From Candidatus Latescibacterota bacterium (GTDB lineage: Bacteria; Latescibacterota; UBA2968; UBA8231), in NCBI GenBank assembly GCA_965221775.1, contig CBDCSU010000006.1, positions 1,312,001 through 1,376,000 on the forward strand: 64,000 nt of DNA, given 5' to 3'. This document shows positions 9,977 through 19,000 of the stretch, piece after piece. Each line of letters begins with the position of its first letter. Position 1 is the first letter of the stretch. Made by a program: the position numbers and the translations under genes. The notes beneath the pieces are model-generated. The model had not been told where the DNA came from. It made no database searches and saw nothing but the letters and a program-made list of their open reading frames with translations.

Positions 9977-10776
9977 GGACGACGCTCCTGATCGCCGGCG
10001 ACAGCCTGCGCGCCCTGCTGCACCAGCGCCTGCTGGTGGTCCTCGTCCTGGGCACGCTGGGCCTGGCATCGGCCGCCTCGGTGGCCATGAGCTACTTCAC
10101 GAACAAGGTGGTCCAGGCCTCGGAGAGCGCCTCCGAGGCGAGTGAGGGTGAGCTGGACGAGGCTCAGTTGGAGCAGATGCGCCAGGGTCTGGAAATGTCG
10201 GGAACCTTGGTCCTGGGCGGATTCTGCTGGTTCACCGCCCTCGCCGGCTCCCTGGTGACCCTGTTCATATGCTGCACCGCGGTGGCCGGCGACCTCCGCC
10301 GCGGCACGATCCGGATGATCCTCGCCAGACCGGTCTCTCGAGCGCAGTTCCTGCTGGGGCGTTTCTGCGGCGCCGCGGCGGTGATGCTCGCCTTTTCCGC
10401 GCTCTCCGCGGCCGCTTTCGTCATCTACTCCTACGGCCACGGTCTGGACCTGAAGCTGGCCCTCGCCTATGCCCCGTGGCTCATGCTCTGCCAGAACCTC
10501 ATGATCGGTTCCGCCGCCCTCCTGCTGTCGCTGCTGGTCCATCCGGCCATCGCCGGAGTGGTGGCTCTGTTCGCTTCCGCCAGCTTCTTCTCACCTCCCA
10601 ACCCCCTCTACTACATCCTTCCGAGCTACGACCGATTCAACCTGTTCTTCCTGTTCCTGCAGGGACGGATGATCAGCCTCGAGGAGATCTTCGTCCTCAC
10701 CCTCTACGCCCTGGACGTGACCGCCATCTTCGTGCTGCTGGCTTTGTGGAGGTTCCGTTCCAGGGACCTGCTGTAG
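9973..10776 (+). CDS. ABC-2 type transporter permease
   Basis: GTGA overlap with the ATPase stop. About six TM helices, DLRRGTIRMILARPVSRAQFLLGRF, C-terminal FRSRDL. Confidence 0.9.
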   Translation: MRTTLLIAGDSLRALLHQRLLVVLVLGTLGLASAASVAMSYFTNKVVQASESASEASEGELDEAQLEQMRQGLEMSGTLVLGGFCWFTALAGSLVTLFICCTAVAGDLRRGTIRMILARPVSRAQFLLGRFCGAAAVMLAFSALSAAAFVIYSYGHGLDLKLALAYAPWLMLCQNLMIGSAALLLSLLVHPAIAGVVALFASASFFSPPNPLYYILPSYDRFNLFFLFLQGRMISLEEIFVLTLYALDVTAIFVLLALWRFRSRDLL

Positions 10777-10787
10777 TACCCCCGCCA

Positions 10788-12116
10788 CTACCGGCTCAGC
10801 CGATCGAGGAGATTGCGGGTGATGCGGTCGACGGCCGCGTCTCCCTTGAGGCCGTGGGACCAGTCGGTCGTCCCGGCGGTGAAGACCGTGCCGCCGCGGG
10901 TATGGAGTCCCATGACCGCGGCGCCCTCCCGCCCTTTCTCCCAGCGCTCGTACCACTCGCTGTCGTCCGGGTGCCACCGCGCCGGGGCGGTGCACAGGAT
11001 GGTGAAGTCCGCCGGGGTGCCATGGGTCCCCTTCGGCACGGGCCGTCCGTCCTCCAGCGAGTACTCGCAGCCGTCGCACTCGTAGCCGACGACCGTGTGC
11101 TCGCCGCCGAAGGTGTCCCCGCGCCGCAGGCCCGTACCCTCGAGGGCCCAGTGCTCCGGGCGGTGGACGGTGAACGCCCCCGAGCCATCCATGTACTGGC
11201 CGTGGCTCAGGTGGTACCCCCCAAGAAGGAAGCCGACGCCGGTCAGCTCGTTTTCGGGCCGCCCCACGAGATGGTGACTCCACAAGGTGGAGAGGTTGGC
11301 GTGGTCCCCGGCGGCGTAGGCCGGGTCCTGGTTGAACCGCTGCTTCCAGCAGACCAGCGCCCGGCCCTCGTCCTCGCTCCGCACCTGCCAGCAGACGGAG
11401 TTGCCGCTGAAGAAGGCGGCGTGGCCGCCGGCGGCGATGAACGCCTCCAGATGGTCCCGCATCGGCCCCGACCAGTACTCGTCGTGGCCGACGCTGAGCA
11501 CGAGGCGGTAGTCGTCCAGCAGCCCGGGGTGCTGCTCCAGATCGGAGTTGGCGCAGTAGTCGATGGCGTACCCGGCGGCCTCCGCCCACTCGACGAAGTC
11601 GCGCTCCCAGCGGTCGAACAGGCCCTCCATGGGCCGGTCGAAGGAGACGCGGTGCCCCTGCAGGCCGCCGCGGCCGTGATAGGCGTAGAGGCTGAACCCG
11701 CCCCAGTTGTTGTAGGCGGCGTAGGTATTCGTGGACAGCTGCAGGAGGATGCGCGCCTCCGTCGGGCCTGACGGACGGACGATGAAGAATCCCCGGCTCT
11801 CGGCGGTGCGCCGCCCCCGGCGCACGAACTCGCCCCCGTGGTCCTCGGCGCGCAGGACGAACTCGTAGTAGCCGCTGCGCCAGTGGGCGGGGACTTCCGT
11901 GGAGTGGGAGACCGGCCAGCGGCAGCCGTGGGAGGAGGCGTCTTCCGGGATCGGGTGTTCCGCTCCCGGCAGCCGGTCCTGGCGGCATACGACTTCGCGG
12001 GCGGCGCCGATCCGCGCCACCTCCAGCGAGTACCCCGCCGCGCTGGTGGAGACGTGGAAGCGGACCGTGTCGCCGGCGCGGTAGCTCAGTTGATCGGTGT
12101 AACCTTCGACGAACAC
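10788..12116 (-). CDS. N,N-dimethylformamidase beta-subunit family (DUF6605-type) protein
   Basis: EGYTDQLSY, WRSGYY, TNTYAAYNNWGGFSLY, SFDRP, SVGHDEYWS, FFSGN, GYECDG, GTVFTAGTTDW, ITRNLLDRL. GTG start inferred. Confidence 0.85.
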   Translation of the reverse strand: MFVEGYTDQLSYRAGDTVRFHVSTSAAGYSLEVARIGAAREVVCRQDRLPGAEHPIPEDASSHGCRWPVSHSTEVPAHWRSGYYEFVLRAEDHGGEFVRRGRRTAESRGFFIVRPSGPTEARILLQLSTNTYAAYNNWGGFSLYAYHGRGGLQGHRVSFDRPMEGLFDRWERDFVEWAEAAGYAIDYCANSDLEQHPGLLDDYRLVLSVGHDEYWSGPMRDHLEAFIAAGGHAAFFSGNSVCWQVRSEDEGRALVCWKQRFNQDPAYAAGDHANLSTLWSHHLVGRPENELTGVGFLLGGYHLSHGQYMDGSGAFTVHRPEHWALEGTGLRRGDTFGGEHTVVGYECDGCEYSLEDGRPVPKGTHGTPADFTILCTAPARWHPDDSEWYERWEKGREGAAVMGLHTRGGTVFTAGTTDWSHGLKGDAAVDRITRNLLDRLSR

Positions 12117-12136
12117 GGCGGGAAGCCTGGCCCCCG

Positions 12137-13342
12137 CTAAGCCCCCAGCACCTCGCGCAGGCGCCGGCCCACCACCTCCGGCTCTCCGTCCTTCAGACAC
12201 ATGGGGCCGAAGGCGACGACGCCTTCGCGCACGTGGCTGGGGTTGGCGTGCACGCTCGGGTCGCCGTCCTGCAGGGCGCGGACCACGTCGAGGGCGGTAA
12301 GGCCGCAGGCGTCCTCGTCGAGCTGCACGTGGACGGCGGGGATCGCCGCCCGCTTGGGGTCGTCGCGCAGCTCGACGTCGGCGCCCGCCAGCGACCCGGC
12401 GCTCTCGGCGAGCTGCCTCATGTGCTCGAGCCAGCGGGCCCGCCTCGCTTCGTCGCCCTCTTCCACGAAGCGCTCCAGCGCCGTCAGCAGGCCGACGATC
12501 TCCTCCTTGCCGACCTTGCAGGGCCGCCCGATGCCGTGGTGCGGCGCGCCGGGCAGGCGGCTCTTGTCGATGAGGCCGGCCGGCGGGTTCCACTGGTCCC
12601 AGAGGATGTCGAGGTCGAGGTGCTGCAGGGCGGCGGCCTGGATCAGCTCCCGGCGCCCGGCGAGGATGCCGGAGGACTGGGGGCCGGCGATCGCCTTGCC
12701 GCCCGAGAAGGCGACGAGGTCGGCGCCCTCGGAAAGGAAGCGAGCAAGGTTGGAGGCCGGGGGCAGCTGTCCGGCGGCGTCGACGATGACGGGTACCGAG
12801 GCGGCGTGGGCGACCTCGACCACGGCGGCCAGCTCCGGCTGGGTGTGGGCATAGGCGACGTAGACCACGGCCGCCGTGTCGTCGTCGATGGCGGCGGCGT
12901 ACTCCCAGGGCTCGGCGTCGCGCACGCCGGCGCCGCTGTAGCGGTCGGCGATGCCGATCTCCACCAGCTCGATGCCGACGGAGCGCACGGCGTGGTCGTA
13001 GAAGTTGCGGTGGCTGCGGGCCATGACCACGCGGCGCTTCATGCCCGTCGTGTCGGGCAGCCGGTTCATGCGGGTCGGGTCGAGGCCGGTGACGCAGGCC
13101 GCCGTGCCCAGCAGCAGGCCGGCGGCGGCGCCGCTGGTGACGTACCCAGCCTCGGCGCCGGTGTGGCGGGCGATGACGTTGCTCGCCGCCGCCTGCAGCT
13201 CGGCGATGTCGACGCACGAACGGCCGGCCTCGGCCATGGCCTCCGCCACCTCCGGCGCCATGATCGAGCCGCTCAGACGGGTGGCGGGGCCGGAAGCGTT
13301 GATGATGGTGCGCACGCCGAAGCGTTCGTAGACGCCGCTCAT
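12137..13342 (-). CDS. SelA-related PLP-dependent enzyme (DgaE-like)
   Basis: INASGPATRLSGS, VTSGAAAGL, IVDAAG, FSGGK (PLP Lys), GPQSSG, IGRPCKVGKEEIVGL. Confidence 0.88.
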   Translation of the reverse strand: MSGVYERFGVRTIINASGPATRLSGSIMAPEVAEAMAEAGRSCVDIAELQAAASNVIARHTGAEAGYVTSGAAAGLLLGTAACVTGLDPTRMNRLPDTTGMKRRVVMARSHRNFYDHAVRSVGIELVEIGIADRYSGAGVRDAEPWEYAAAIDDDTAAVVYVAYAHTQPELAAVVEVAHAASVPVIVDAAGQLPPASNLARFLSEGADLVAFSGGKAIAGPQSSGILAGRRELIQAAALQHLDLDILWDQWNPPAGLIDKSRLPGAPHHGIGRPCKVGKEEIVGLLTALERFVEEGDEARRARWLEHMRQLAESAGSLAGADVELRDDPKRAAIPAVHVQLDEDACGLTALDVVRALQDGDPSVHANPSHVREGVVAFGPMCLKDGEPEVVGRRLREVLGA

Positions 13343-13348
13343 GGATCT

Positions 13349-14440
13349 CTATTCCTCTTCGTATACGAATCGGTTCACGAGGTAGCGGCCCACGGCATCT
13401 AGGTCGAGGGTGAATCCGAGGCCGGGCCGCGAAGGGACGACGAGGCCGCCGTCGACCAGCTCGAAGGGCTCGTTGGTCAGGTCGTGCTCCCAGACCCGGG
13501 GGCCGACCATGTCGTAGGGCTGGCTGAGATGGGCCATGCACGCGGCCACGTGGAGGGCCATGGCGGCGCCGGGGCCGTAGGCGACGCACTGGGACCAGCC
13601 TCCGAGCCCGAGCCGGTGGGAGAACTCCGAGAGCCGCAGCAACTCCAGGTGGCTGCCGCCGAGGATGGTGTAGTCCAGGGCCTCGGCGCGGGAGCGCTGG
13701 ATCAGGTCATCGGCTCCGCCCACGTGATCGGCCACCGGATGGCCGATGGAGTAGCGCAGCCGCCGCCACTCGGAGTGGGTCCCCCCGTGGGCGCTGCGTG
13801 CGATGGGGCTCTCCAACGACTCCATGGGCAGTCCCTCGAGCCGGCGGGACAGCTCCTGGGCCACCCACACCTCTTCGAGACGCCAGCGGATGTCGGGGCG
13901 GATGCCCATGCCGGGGACGGCTTCGTGGATCGCCCGGCAGCGGTCGACGATGTGACGGATGCGGGCCTCGGGGGTCGTGTCCCGGGAGGTGCAGCACTTC
14001 ATCTTGTACCAGCGGAACCCCTGCTCCCAGCCCCGCGCCGCCTGCTCGGCGGTGTTGGCCGGCGTCTTGTAGCCGGTGCACATGGTGATGGGGACGCGGC
14101 TGCGCCGCCTCCCTCCGAGAAGCTGGTGGACGGGCACGCCCAGGGCCTGGCCCCGCAGGTCGAGGACGGCCTGCTCGAAAGCGGTGATCAGGGGCCACGG
14201 GTCGGCCAGGTTCACCTCCAGCACGTCCAGGCCGAGCCAGCTGCGCATGCCTTCCTCGATCGCCTCGCGGGTGGTGTAGCGGCCGATCTGGGTCAGGCCG
14301 GTGAGCCCCTGGTCGGTCTCGACCTCGGCCACGGCGTGCTCGTCGCGCTGGTGGCCGGGCTGTCCGTGCTCGTCGTCCGACCACCACCAGTGGGTCTCGG
14401 GGACCTTGACCACGTGGACGACGATGCGGGTGATCTTCAT
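13349..14440 (-). CDS. Mandelate racemase/muconate lactonizing enzyme family protein
   Basis: MKITRI, VETDQGLTG, FEQAVLDLRGQALGVPVHQLLGG, YKMK, metal ligands D/E/D, PSRPGLG. Confidence 0.88.
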   Translation of the reverse strand: MKITRIVVHVVKVPETHWWWSDDEHGQPGHQRDEHAVAEVETDQGLTGLTQIGRYTTREAIEEGMRSWLGLDVLEVNLADPWPLITAFEQAVLDLRGQALGVPVHQLLGGRRRSRVPITMCTGYKTPANTAEQAARGWEQGFRWYKMKCCTSRDTTPEARIRHIVDRCRAIHEAVPGMGIRPDIRWRLEEVWVAQELSRRLEGLPMESLESPIARSAHGGTHSEWRRLRYSIGHPVADHVGGADDLIQRSRAEALDYTILGGSHLELLRLSEFSHRLGLGGWSQCVAYGPGAAMALHVAACMAHLSQPYDMVGPRVWEHDLTNEPFELVDGGLVVPSRPGLGFTLDLDAVGRYLVNRFVYEEE

Positions 14441-14445
14441 GGGGT

Positions 14446-15717
14446 TCAGACCTCGGCGAGGCCGGGGGCGGGAAAGCGGCTGCACAGGTCGCGGACCTCG
14501 GCGGCGATGCGCCGGTAGGCGGCGGAGCGCGCCTTGCGGTCGAGGCCCTCGTCGGCGCGGATGGCGGCCACGCGGTCCATCCACCCGGCGAGCTGCACCA
14601 TCTCGGCGGAGCCGAAACCGCGGCTGGTGACGGCCGGGGTCCCCAGGCGGATGCCGCTGGGCCGGCGCGCCGGCTTCGGGTCCCCCGGGATCAGGTTGTA
14701 GTTGCAGACGATGCCGGCCGCGTCCAGGGCCTTGGCCATCTGGTAGCCGGTGACCCCCTTGCCGCGCAGGTCGACGAGGAGCAGGTGGTTGTCGGTGCCC
14801 CCCGAGACCAGCTCGAAGCCGCGGCCGGCCAGGGCCTCGGCCAGGGTGCGGGCGTTGTCGACGATGGCCCGCGCGTAGGCCCGGAACTCCCCCGTGCCGG
14901 CCTCTTTGAGAGCCACGGCGATGGCCGCGGTCGTGTTGTTGTGGGGGCCCCCCTGCAGGCCGGGGAAGACGGCCTTGTCCAGGGCCTCGGCGTAGTCCCG
15001 CCGGCACAGGATCATGCCGCCCCGGGGGCCGCGCAGGGACTTGTGGGTGGTGGTGGTCACCACGTCCACGTGGGGCACCGGGCTCGGGTGCACCCCGGCG
15101 GCCACCAGTCCGCTGATGTGGGCCATGTCGGCCACCACCACGGCGCCGATTCGGCGGCCGATGGCGCCAAAGCGCTCGAAGTCGATGACGCGGGGATAGG
15201 CGGTGGCGCCGCAGAACAGCAGCTTCGGCCGGTACTGAAGGGCCAGGTCCTCGATGACCTCGTAGTCGAGGCGGCCCGTGGCGGGATCGACGCCGTACTG
15301 GACCGGCCGGTAGTGCCGCCCGGAGACGCTCACGGCGGCGCCGTGGGTGAGGTGGCCCCCCTGGTCGAGGGCCATGCCCATGACCGTGTCGCCCGGATCG
15401 GCCAGGGCCAGGTAGACGGCCTGGTTCGCCGGCGAGCCGGAGTAGGGCTGCACGTTGACGTGCTCGGCGCCGAACATCTCCCGGGCGCGGGCCACGGCCA
15501 GCTCCTCGAGGCGGTCGATCTCCTGCTGGCCCTCGTAATACCGTTGGCCGGCGTAGCCCTCGGAGTACTTGTTCGTGAGGATGGAGCCCGTCGCTTCGAG
15601 CACCGCCCGGCTGGCGTAGTTCTCCGAAGGGATCAGGCGGATCTTGGCGTGCTGGCGGGCGTTCTCGGCAGCGATGATCCCGGCGACCTCGGGATCGCAG
15701 TCGTGCAGCGCGGGCAT
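14446..15717 (-). CDS. glyA: Serine hydroxymethyltransferase
   Basis: LIPSEN, NKYSEGY, RYYEG, NVQPYSGSPAN, GGHLTHG, DMAH, TTTTHKSLRGPRGG, FPGLQGGP, GTDNH. Confidence 0.98.
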   Translation of the reverse strand: MPALHDCDPEVAGIIAAENARQHAKIRLIPSENYASRAVLEATGSILTNKYSEGYAGQRYYEGQQEIDRLEELAVARAREMFGAEHVNVQPYSGSPANQAVYLALADPGDTVMGMALDQGGHLTHGAAVSVSGRHYRPVQYGVDPATGRLDYEVIEDLALQYRPKLLFCGATAYPRVIDFERFGAIGRRIGAVVVADMAHISGLVAAGVHPSPVPHVDVVTTTTHKSLRGPRGGMILCRRDYAEALDKAVFPGLQGGPHNNTTAAIAVALKEAGTGEFRAYARAIVDNARTLAEALAGRGFELVSGGTDNHLLLVDLRGKGVTGYQMAKALDAAGIVCNYNLIPGDPKPARRPSGIRLGTPAVTSRGFGSAEMVQLAGWMDRVAAIRADEGLDRKARSAAYRRIAAEVRDLCSRFPAPGLAEV

Positions 15718-15795
15718 GGGCGGTTTTCCGGGATCCCGGGGCTGGACGTAGCTTGTCGATCGGATGGCGGCGCGAAACTAACCAGGGGTCGGTAC

Positions 15796-17364
15796 ATGGG
15801 CAACTTCCTCGGACTCGACTGCAGCACCCAGTCGATGACCGGCCTGGTCATCGACACCGACGCCGGCGCTCTCCTGGCCGAGGAGTCGATCGGCTTCGAC
15901 GAGCACTTCGCCGGCCGCTACGGCGTCGACAAGGGCGTCCTCGACCTCGGCGGCGGCCGCGTCCACTCGCCGCCGCTGATGTGGGCGGAAGCCCTGGAGC
16001 GGTTGTGCGCGCGCCTGCGCGACACCGGCGTCGATCTCGGCCGGATCGAGGCGATCGCCGGCAGCGGCCAGCAGCACGGCACCGTCTACCTCAACGAGGC
16101 AGCCGCGGGCGTTCTCGGCGGCCTCGACCCCGACCACGACCTGGCGGAGCAGCTGGCCGGGGTGTTCTCGCGGCCCACGGCGCCGATCTGGATGGATACC
16201 TCCACCGGCGAGCAGTGCCGCCAGATCGAGGCCGGCGTCGGCGGCCGCAGCCGGCTGCTGGAGCTGACCGGCAACACCGCCTTCGAGCGCTTCAGCGGCC
16301 CCCAGATCCGCCGCTTCTGGCAGGACGAGCCGGAGGCCTGGGAGCGCACCAGCTGCATCTGCCTGGTCAGCTCCTTCGTCGCCAGCCTTCTGGCCGGGCG
16401 GCTGGTCCCCGTCGATCCCGGGGACAGCAGCGGAACCAATTTGATGGACATCCGGACCCGCCGCTGGAGCCCGGCGGCTCTCGAGGCCACCGCTCCCGAC
16501 CTGGGGCGCCGCCTGCTGCCGGTCATCCCCTCCGACGCGGTAGCCGGCACCCTGAGCCCGTTCTGGAACGGCCGCTTCGGGTTCCCGCCCGGGTGCCGGG
16601 TGATTCCCTTCTCCGGCGACAACCCCTGCAGCCTCATCGGCCTCGGCCTGCTGCAGCCGGGCCAGGCGGCCCTGAGCCTGGGCACCAGCGACACCCTCTT
16701 CGCCTGCCTCGACGCGCCACGGCCGCCGGTCACCGGCGAGGGCGCCCTCTTCGCCTCCCCCGACGGCGCCCACTACATGGCGCTCATCTGTTTCCTCAAC
16801 GGCAGCCTGGCGCGGGAGGCCGTGCGCGACCTCTACCGCCTCGACTGGTCCGGCTTCTCCGCGGGGCTGGCGGCGACGCCCCCCGGCAACGGCGGCGCCC
16901 TCATGCTGCCCTGGTTCGACGAGGAGATCGTCCCCCGCGTGACCCGGCCCGGCGTCGTGCGCCAGGACCTCGACGAGAGCGATGCGGCCGCCAACGTCCG
17001 CGCCGTCATCGAGGCCCAGGCCCTGTCGTCGAGGATCCACTCCGAGTGGATGGGGGTGGAGATCCGCTCCCTGCGCGTCACCGGCGGCGCCTCGGAGAAC
17101 GAGCAGATCCTGCGCGTCTTCGCCGACGTCCACGGCTGCCCCGTGCAGCGGCTGGGCACAACGAACGCCGCGGCCCTGGGCGCGGCCCTGATGGCGGCCC
17201 ACGGTCACCCCGGGGCGTCAGGGGAGGAGCGGTCCTGGGAGGAGGTGACGGCGCCCTTCACCGGGGCGGGAACGCCGATCGAACCGGACCCGGCGAACCG
17301 GGGGATCTACGATGGATTGCTGGAGGGGTACCGGGAGTTGGAGGAGCGGTGCGCGGAGGGCTGA
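15796..17364 (+). CDS. xylB: Xylulokinase (FGGY family, eukaryote XKS1/XYLB-type)
   Basis: LGLDCSTQS, GSGQQHG, PIWMDTST, ERFSGPQI, LVSSF, GDNP, SLGTSDT, YMALICFLNGSLARE, TGGAS. Confidence 0.85.
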   Translation: MGNFLGLDCSTQSMTGLVIDTDAGALLAEESIGFDEHFAGRYGVDKGVLDLGGGRVHSPPLMWAEALERLCARLRDTGVDLGRIEAIAGSGQQHGTVYLNEAAAGVLGGLDPDHDLAEQLAGVFSRPTAPIWMDTSTGEQCRQIEAGVGGRSRLLELTGNTAFERFSGPQIRRFWQDEPEAWERTSCICLVSSFVASLLAGRLVPVDPGDSSGTNLMDIRTRRWSPAALEATAPDLGRRLLPVIPSDAVAGTLSPFWNGRFGFPPGCRVIPFSGDNPCSLIGLGLLQPGQAALSLGTSDTLFACLDAPRPPVTGEGALFASPDGAHYMALICFLNGSLAREAVRDLYRLDWSGFSAGLAATPPGNGGALMLPWFDEEIVPRVTRPGVVRQDLDESDAAANVRAVIEAQALSSRIHSEWMGVEIRSLRVTGGASENEQILRVFADVHGCPVQRLGTTNAAALGAALMAAHGHPGASGEERSWEEVTAPFTGAGTPIEPDPANRGIYDGLLEGYRELEERCAEG

Positions 17365-17422
17365 GGATCGCGTGGCGGTCTCGGAGGCGGATCGCTGGCA
17401 CATTGGCGAGGAGAAGCAACCA

Positions 17423-17605
17423 ATGAGCACCATCAACGTGATATCCAGGTGGGATGCCGAGGCCGAAGTGTGGGTAGCGACGAGCCCGGAGATTCCGGGA
17501 TTGATTCTGGAGGCTGAGACTTCGGAGGGTATTGTCGAGGAAGCTCAACGTATGGTCCCCGAATTGCTCCAGCTCAGGCGCGATGCGGGAGTGCAGGGTT
17601 TTTGA
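17423..17605 (+). CDS. hicB: DUF1902 / HicB-like antitoxin (short)
   Basis: WDAEAEVWVATSPEIPGLILEAET...PELL. RBS GAGGAG. Confidence 0.8.
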   Translation: MSTINVISRWDAEAEVWVATSPEIPGLILEAETSEGIVEEAQRMVPELLQLRRDAGVQGF

Positions 17606-17625
17606 GATAGCGTGAAGGGTCATCA

Positions 17626-17784
17626 ATGCCAGACTTCACGCGACTCACCATGCAAATGCTCCGCAGGGCAGGATGCTCAAAGCTGCGTGACGGCAAACAT
17701 GAGATCTGGCACAGTCCGAAGATACAATCGCGTCACACATCCAGTGAGGTCCTGAAATAGTCCGGACTGGAAAGAGCCTTCTGA
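17626..17784 (+). pseudogene. hicA: HicA-family toxin pseudogene
   Basis: Reads MPDFTRLTMQMLRRAGCSKLRDGKHEIWHSP-KIQSRHTSSEVLK*SGLERAF*. In-frame TAG at 17758-17760 where Gln is expected, plus an apparent internal deletion after SP. Confidence 0.8.
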
Positions 17785-17845
17785 GCCCCTTCGAGTTCCG
17801 TCAATCCTACTCAAGAGGTTCCGCTCCTCGTCCCAAAAAGGAGGA

Positions 17846-18718
17846 TCACCAAAACTCCTTGTAACAAGGGCGGCAGAGGGGCTTTGCGTAGGTCGTGTCC
17901 GTCTCTCTTCCGCAACCGTGACAGTACTTCTCCTCGTAGTCGAGGTTCTTGTACCTGCTCCACTTCATGTAGCAGCCATCGCACAGAGGCTCCTCCACGT
18001 TCAGTTCCACTGACCGGGCGCACCGCACACAGTAGCCCTTGGTCAGGAAATGATCCTTGATGCCCTGCACTATGCTGCCAAGCAACGTCGCGGGGCCCTC
18101 CTGTTCCTTGCGCTCCCCCCTGCTTCGGCTTCCTCGCGCCGCCGGTGCACTGAGCAATCTCGGGTCGATGGGCGGGTCAGCCGGGTGTCTTTCCTGCTGC
18201 GGCAAGTAACGGGCGTGTTCCCTCCTGAACTCAATGTCGGTACTCGTGCCTTTGGCTCGGTTGCAAACGCCACAGGCCAACTGGAGATTTCGGATGTTGT
18301 CCTGGCCGCCGCTGGCCTTCGGAATCATGTGCTCCATCTGGAGTTGGTTGTACGGGTACACATTCCCGCAGTAGACGCACTTTTCTTGTTGCTGGTCGAA
18401 CAACTGCCGCTTGTCTTGCGCCTTCGGGTCATCTTCCAGTAGAGCCTTGCGTTCGTCAAAGGTTCTTGCTCCGGCCAAATCGTACCTGCGGGGCTCCTGC
18501 GTATCTGCCGTGGGCTTCGTGGTGCTCTTGTGCATCGCTTTGGCCTTCTTGTTACACTCGATGCAGAGGGGGTAATTCGAGTCCTTGTACAGGCCACACT
18601 GTGGACACTCATCGATAACCCCTTCTTCGCTTTCCTCCCAGTGTTCTCGGCACAGATGATGGCCTCTCCGTATTTCTTGATTGCAGGATTGTTCCTTGCA
18701 GATGTTCGGTGTCGGCAT
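17846..18718 (-). CDS. HNH endonuclease with N- and C-terminal Cys-rich (Zn-binding) domains
   Basis: CVYCG...EHMIPKASGG..NIRNLQLACGVCNRAKG, with further CxxC pairs at both ends. Confidence 0.88.
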   Translation of the reverse strand: MPTPNICKEQSCNQEIRRGHHLCREHWEESEEGVIDECPQCGLYKDSNYPLCIECNKKAKAMHKSTTKPTADTQEPRRYDLAGARTFDERKALLEDDPKAQDKRQLFDQQQEKCVYCGNVYPYNQLQMEHMIPKASGGQDNIRNLQLACGVCNRAKGTSTDIEFRREHARYLPQQERHPADPPIDPRLLSAPAARGSRSRGERKEQEGPATLLGSIVQGIKDHFLTKGYCVRCARSVELNVEEPLCDGCYMKWSRYKNLDYEEKYCHGCGRETDTTYAKPLCRPCYKEFW

Positions 18719-18771
18719 AGGTAGTCTCTAGTCTTGGAGTGGTGTAGTCGTCAACGCGACCTGCCCCCGGC

Positions 18772-18996
18772 TCAGTCCAACTCCACCGTCAGCAGGCTCG
18801 CCGGCCAAGGGTGCCCCTCCAGGGAGATGGCGGACTCCTCGGCGAAGTGCAGCAGGGAGCAGACGCAGTTGCTCGCACTCTCGCCCGGCCAGGGGCCGCC
18901 CGCGAGCGTCCACGAGGGGTCGCGGGCCACGTGGCCAGCCCGGGTGAAGCGGGCCTCCATTACCGGCAGCTTTTCGTCGTAGGGCGGTGGTTGGCG
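18772..18996 (-). pseudogene. Degenerate duplicate of the 3' end of the gene at 20232-20834
   Basis: PPYDEKLPVMEARFTRAGHVARDPSWT/AGPWPGESASNCVCSLLHFAEESAISLEG/SLLTVELD aligns with the C-terminus of that gene, with two deletions. Confidence 0.9.
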
Positions 18997-19000
18997 CGTT

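Noticed and set aside
12137-13342. selA / selenocysteine machinery
   Set aside because: Lacks the SelA N-terminal domain and has DgaE-like motifs. No selB, selC or in-frame TGA genes seen.
17758-17760. TAG read-through (pyrrolysine or recoding) in hicA
   Set aside because: TAG terminates many normal genes here and the ORF has a second lesion, so a nonsense mutation is the simpler explanation.
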